Source: Bacteroidota bacterium
GTDB taxonomy: Bacteria > Bacteroidota > Ignavibacteria > Kapaibacteriales > UBA2268
DNA length: 64,000 bases
NCBI GenBank assembly: GCA_021780815.1
Contig: JAJXYC010000015.1
Coordinates: forward strand, 273,796 to 337,795
Direction: 5' to 3'
How positions within the stretch are numbered: the first letter of the stretch is position 1; every line of letters starts with the position of its first letter. Shown piece by piece: positions 60,037-64,000 of this stretch. The translations under genes were made by a program, and so were the position numbers. The notes beneath the pieces were generated by a model, which saw nothing but the letters and a program-made list of their open reading frames with translations, did no database searches and had not been told where the DNA came from.

Positions 60037-60258
60037 TTATTTAATTTTTCCTTCGATAGCATCTAACCGGTCATTTGCATTATGTATCATCATTGTTACT
60101 CTTACAAAAGGTAAACCTAAAAATAGCAATGCAAGCGATGTAATCAAGCCAAACAAGTTGAAGTTAATTATATTAACCACAACGCCAACCAACCCTATTA
60201 GGGCAGCAAAAATTCCACCTGGAACTCCGAGTGGACAACGTAATTTCTTCTTTTCCAT
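60037..60258 (-). CDS. Small two-TM membrane protein, function unknown
   Basis: The 73-aa product has two hydrophobic helices. It is tightly spaced within the thioredoxin/FMN-reductase/MarR gene string. Confidence 0.35.
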   Translation of the reverse strand: MEKKKLRCPLGVPGGIFAALIGLVGVVVNIINFNLFGLITSLALLFLGLPFVRVTMMIHNANDRLDAIEGKIK

Positions 60259-60271
60259 AATACTCCTTTAA

Positions 60272-60544
60272 TTAATTGGATAAATATTCATTTAATTTAT
60301 TAATAAGTTCTTGTTTTGTCGGAACACTTTTAAATACGATTTTATCGTTTATCAAAAGCGTTGGAACTGAATAAATCCCATATTTCAATGTTTTAACCAT
60401 ACCAAATGGCATACTCGCATTAGTTTGTTTAAATTCAAATGCATCTTTAAAATCTGGAAGAACTTCTTCCATCAACCGTTTCATAGTTTTGCAATTCGGG
60501 CAAGATAGCGTATAAAACAATTCTAAATTCACTTTTTTATTCAT
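60272..60544 (-). CDS. Thioredoxin-fold small redox protein (CPNC active site)
   Basis: The 90-aa product carries the CxxC-type motif YTLSCPNCKTMK near the N-terminus. Confidence 0.6.
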   Translation of the reverse strand: MNKKVNLELFYTLSCPNCKTMKRLMEEVLPDFKDAFEFKQTNASMPFGMVKTLKYGIYSVPTLLINDKIVFKSVPTKQELINKLNEYLSN

Positions 60545-60689
60545 ATTTCAATCAAATTTTAATATTCAATTTAGAATTTAGACGAAATTAAAAATTATTT
60601 GTTGCAACAAATATTATTTTTTGTGAAAAATTAATTCGAGAGATGGGAAAAAATATATAAGATACAATCCAAAAGCCTAATATAAGAAG

Positions 60690-61013
60690 TTAATGGGTTG
60701 TTTTGCTTTTGAATTCTCGATAATCGAAGAAAAGAGAAATTAAAAGTGCCAAGCTCCAAAGAATATCAACAGCATTCCAAATAAATCTACCAAGGACTGC
60801 TTTATAAAAAGGATTAATTAAAAGAGCGGAAAAAAACCAAATGAAAACAATCGTTTTATCTTTCTTTTCAAAATCTAAATAAGCAAGAATGATAAAACCC
60901 GCCATACCAACATAATGTACCAATTGATAATATCCATATGGCATACGTAAAAGACATAGTAAAAACAGCAGAGATAAAACAATTTTCACAGCAAATTTAG
61001 AAATCATTTTCAT
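60690..61013 (-). CDS. Hypothetical membrane protein (about 3 TM)
   Basis: The call rests on a hydrophobicity pattern only. Confidence 0.3.
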   Translation of the reverse strand: MKMISKFAVKIVLSLLFLLCLLRMPYGYYQLVHYVGMAGFIILAYLDFEKKDKTIVFIWFFSALLINPFYKAVLGRFIWNAVDILWSLALLISLFFDYREFKSKTTH

Positions 61014-61050
61014 AATTGAAAATAGAAAATATAAAACAACTTAAATTTCA

Positions 61051-63258
61051 TTATTTTAATATAATGGTAATTGCATCTTCAGGTATAAAAAGCTTCTCAA
61101 TAATAGTTGCAATTCTTGACATACACATTGATGCAGAAATGTTTATATGAATAAAAAGTTCATCATCATTGACTTCTTTAAGATTTTGCCAAACCTTACT
61201 ATCAAAGTTTTTATATCTTTTGGATATCTCTATATCGTTATCTACAATCTCTTTTAATTCACTCCATTCAAGTATAACGTTGTCACGTTTAAATAATTCT
61301 ACTTGATTATCAATAATGAATTGAAAATCGAAATCAGGTTTTACCCGCAGATAATTTAAAAATTTAATGAAAACATCTTGCCATGTATTTACTTTAATAT
61401 GTTCATTGAAAATGATAAGTTCACTTGGCTTATTACCTTCTGCAATATTTCCAGCATCAGTATCTAAGGGGGAAAACAAAGTGGTTTCGTTAATTTGCGT
61501 GTTCCAGTTAGACTTATCTTTATATTCTTCTGGTAATGGAAAAGTATCAAGAAACCAATTTATCAATGTGTCCTGATGCTGTTTAATACTTTCTTCATCC
61601 CATCGTTCTTTATCAAGAACACAAGTTCGGTAATATAGAGAAGATAAGGATAGTTTTCTTTGCTTTTCTTCAAATGCTTTATTCCCAATTTCGCTATTAA
61701 ATTCTGTTAAAATCAAATTACCAATATTGTGTAAGTAATTTTTATGTATTTGTTCGAAATTATTGCCCAAATCTCTTTTCCAATTATCATCTAATTTTTG
61801 AGGCATAATATGTTCAATTGTAATTTTTGGGTCTCGAAAATCAACTGAAACTTTTGAATTGTGTTCTTCTATTTTACCTAATATGAACTTTGAATATTGC
61901 TTTAAATTTTCATAAAAATTCATACTTATGAGTGCGTTTTTAATCTCAAAATCATTTGGAAGCCTTAACCTATAAGACATACCTGTAAGAAGTTCAAGCA
62001 TTGACACTTGCCCTTTTGCTAATTCCTCAATTCTTTTGCTTAATAAAACAATATTTTTATTTTCGCCTTGTGTTAGACCTAATATTCTTCTTCTAATTAA
62101 ATATGTTCTTATTGTTTTCAAAAAGGAAATGAGTAACTCATCGCTGAGTTTTATATTATTTATGGTATATTGATGGTATTCTAACAATCCTAATACAAAA
62201 GGCTTAAAGGCTTCAGATTTGATATCGTGAAAAATATTTCTTAACAATTCTTTAATTTCTTTGTCATTTTTACTATTACTGGAAATGGTATCATTATTAA
62301 TTTCTTGTATAATCCATTTATAACATTTTACATAACGGATAATATCTTGAATAAAATCATTATGGCTTTCAAATGCGTTTTCAACAACAAAATCCTTAAA
62401 TTGTTGGTAAAGTTCCTTTGTATTATTGTCGCTTACAACTTTTAAAGAACTTAATTTTTTATATTGCAAATAATCTCGGAAAAATCTTGAAGTATTTTCT
62501 TGAAAAACATTTTCAATCGATGGATACCAAGTATTTTCATAAATATCAGATTGTTGATCGCTGTTCATTTGTAAAAGCACAAAATTTCTCACAAGATCAG
62601 ATAAAGTAAGTGGCTTACCTAATGAATTAAGAGTTTCAAAAATAATTTGAGGGTCTTCACCTTTGAATGGTCTTTCATCTAAGAAAATTACTGCTACATT
62701 CATTCTTTGTAACGCAATAATATAATGGTCAAAATTCACTTCTTTTCTCAATTCTGAATTTTGCTTAATTAGTTTTTTTAATAACTCATAAGCATTTTTG
62801 ATAATACTTGGCTCAGAAATTTCACCTCCTTTAACTAATTTTATATATGCCTCCCAATCTCTTGTTACTTGTTTTAGTTTAATTTTATCTTGAAATGTCG
62901 ATGCATTATTTATTAAATAATTTTGTGTTATATAATTTTGCTTTTGGTGGTCTTGCTCTAAATCTCTTAAAGCAATCAAAAAAAGTAGTGTTGTTGTTAT
63001 CCTTTGTTGTCCATCAACAATAACAGATTTATTTGCAAAACCAGATTTTTCTTCTTTTATTACAATTGTCCCGAAAAAATGCTCTAATTTATCATTTTGA
63101 TTAGAATCTAATTCGGAATCGATAATCCTAAAAACATCAATAAAGTATCTTTCTATTTCAGGTCGTCCCCACGCAAAAGCTCTTTGAAATGGCGGAATGA
63201 AAAAAGATGTTGCATTTTGTGCTAAAACATCATGAATTGAATGATTTTCTGTTTTCAT
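61051..63258 (-). CDS. GmrSD-like DUF262 + DUF1524 protein (putative type IV modification-dependent restriction endonuclease)
   Basis: The N-terminal DUF262/ParB-like region contains FFIPPFQRAFAWGRPE and DGQQRITT. The C-terminal His-Me finger region contains KITIEHIMPQKL...HNIGNLILT. Confidence 0.75.
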   Translation of the reverse strand: MKTENHSIHDVLAQNATSFFIPPFQRAFAWGRPEIERYFIDVFRIIDSELDSNQNDKLEHFFGTIVIKEEKSGFANKSVIVDGQQRITTTLLFLIALRDLEQDHQKQNYITQNYLINNASTFQDKIKLKQVTRDWEAYIKLVKGGEISEPSIIKNAYELLKKLIKQNSELRKEVNFDHYIIALQRMNVAVIFLDERPFKGEDPQIIFETLNSLGKPLTLSDLVRNFVLLQMNSDQQSDIYENTWYPSIENVFQENTSRFFRDYLQYKKLSSLKVVSDNNTKELYQQFKDFVVENAFESHNDFIQDIIRYVKCYKWIIQEINNDTISSNSKNDKEIKELLRNIFHDIKSEAFKPFVLGLLEYHQYTINNIKLSDELLISFLKTIRTYLIRRRILGLTQGENKNIVLLSKRIEELAKGQVSMLELLTGMSYRLRLPNDFEIKNALISMNFYENLKQYSKFILGKIEEHNSKVSVDFRDPKITIEHIMPQKLDDNWKRDLGNNFEQIHKNYLHNIGNLILTEFNSEIGNKAFEEKQRKLSLSSLYYRTCVLDKERWDEESIKQHQDTLINWFLDTFPLPEEYKDKSNWNTQINETTLFSPLDTDAGNIAEGNKPSELIIFNEHIKVNTWQDVFIKFLNYLRVKPDFDFQFIIDNQVELFKRDNVILEWSELKEIVDNDIEISKRYKNFDSKVWQNLKEVNDDELFIHINISASMCMSRIATIIEKLFIPEDAITIILK

Positions 63259-63651
63259 ATTATTTCTTTTTTCCGTTCTTTTCTTTTTTACAAATTTAAT
63301 TATTTTTATCGTAATTAACTTTTATTATTTTCAAATATATTTTTGTTTTTTTGCAAGATAGTAATATTTAATTATCTGATATTAAAGCATTTCCAAATAT
63401 TTAAAATTTAAAAAGTGTCGAAAAAATATCTCTTATTGTCTAATCTTGCGTCCCGTTCGGGTAGAAGCGAGTGTCATCTTTTGACAAACTTTTTACTGAA
63501 ATTATATTTACCAGTCTATTTACAATATTGGTTTCAAATGGGAAATTTATCATTTTAATATAATTATAACAGTAACCTTAATATTTTACAAATATTATAT
63601 CAATAATTTTTATTTAATTCGTTTTTTTATAAAATTAAACAAGAGGTAAAA

Positions 63652-64000
63652 ATGTTAAAGCTTCAATATCTTAGTCATTCTGCCTTCATTTTTGATGATG
63701 GACAAAATCAAGTTATAATTGACCCGTTTATTAGTGGTAACCCAAACTCTCCAATAAAATGGGAAGATGTAAAAGCACGATTCATAGTTTTAACTCACGG
63801 ACACGGTGACCATTTTGGGGATACCTTGCAAATTGCTAAAAAGAACGATGCAGTTGTTATTGCTATTAATGAATTAGCCAATTATGTTGCCAAAAGAGGA
63901 GTAAAAACACATAATATGCATATTGGTGGTTCATGGAACTTTGATTTTGGACGTGTAAAATTTACAGTAGCTCATCACGGCTCATCTCTTGACAATAATG
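63652..64000 (+). CDS. MBL-fold metal-dependent hydrolase (UPF0173-like), 3' end beyond window
   Basis: The metal-binding motif VLTHGHGDHFGD is preceded by an SD aagagg. The reading frame stays open to the window edge. Confidence 0.65.
   Translation, partial: MLKLQYLSHSAFIFDDGQNQVIIDPFISGNPNSPIKWEDVKARFIVLTHGHGDHFGDTLQIAKKNDAVVIAINELANYVAKRGVKTHNMHIGGSWNFDFGRVKFTVAHHGSSLDNN

Noticed and set aside
63421-63500. A GC-richer patch (gcgtcccgttcgggtagaagcgagtgtc) inspected as a possible tRNA or small RNA
   Set aside because: No cloverleaf-compatible acceptor or T-arm pairing and no GTTCRA T-loop was found. No tRNA-like sequences were found anywhere in the window.

Overview
This 64-kb window is AT-rich chromosomal DNA with tightly packed genes, about 58 protein-coding genes and no rRNA, tRNA or CRISPR found. 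Three proteins end in Por/T9SS-type C-terminal sorting domains, there is a TonB-dependent receptor with a CarbopepD_reg N-domain, and a flagellar export cluster (fliP-fliQ-fliR-flhB). This combination fits an Ignavibacteria/Bacteroidota-Chlorobi-group (FCB) organism. Housekeeping content includes clpS, a FabH-like KAS III (partial), an O-antigen-ligase-like protein, P5C dehydrogenase, sufS-sufU-DUF59, ubiE, coaD, uppP, ruvC, yebC, PNP, pdxH and uvrC. There is also a protease island with an M16 active/inactive pair and a T9SS subtilisin, a 1076-aa PAS-rich hybrid histidine kinase, a NarL-type response regulator, a BatA-like vWA protein and a GmrSD-like DUF262/DUF1524 defence gene. The most unusual locus is a tandem pair of UmuD-like S24 peptidase genes (44481-45430) with no Y-family polymerase nearby. 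The first copy keeps a canonical Ala-Gly self-cleavage site but has lost the Ser/Lys catalytic dyad. The second copy keeps the dyad but lacks a canonical cleavage site, suggesting a complementary trans-cleaving heterodimer. Other notable items are a 105-bp x4 near-perfect tandem repeat array upstream of a 1501-aa T9SS surface protein. A Tat-like (KR) signal protein combines two CxxCH heme motifs with a T9SS sorting domain. A Cache-type sensor is truncated inside its HAMP segment. The flagellar export genes continue without a break into an FtsX-like permease, an outer-membrane protein, an RsbW-like kinase, a Rieske protein and uvrC. Two TGGCAY-N5-TTGT sigma-54-like motifs sit upstream of fliP and of the second umuD-like gene.
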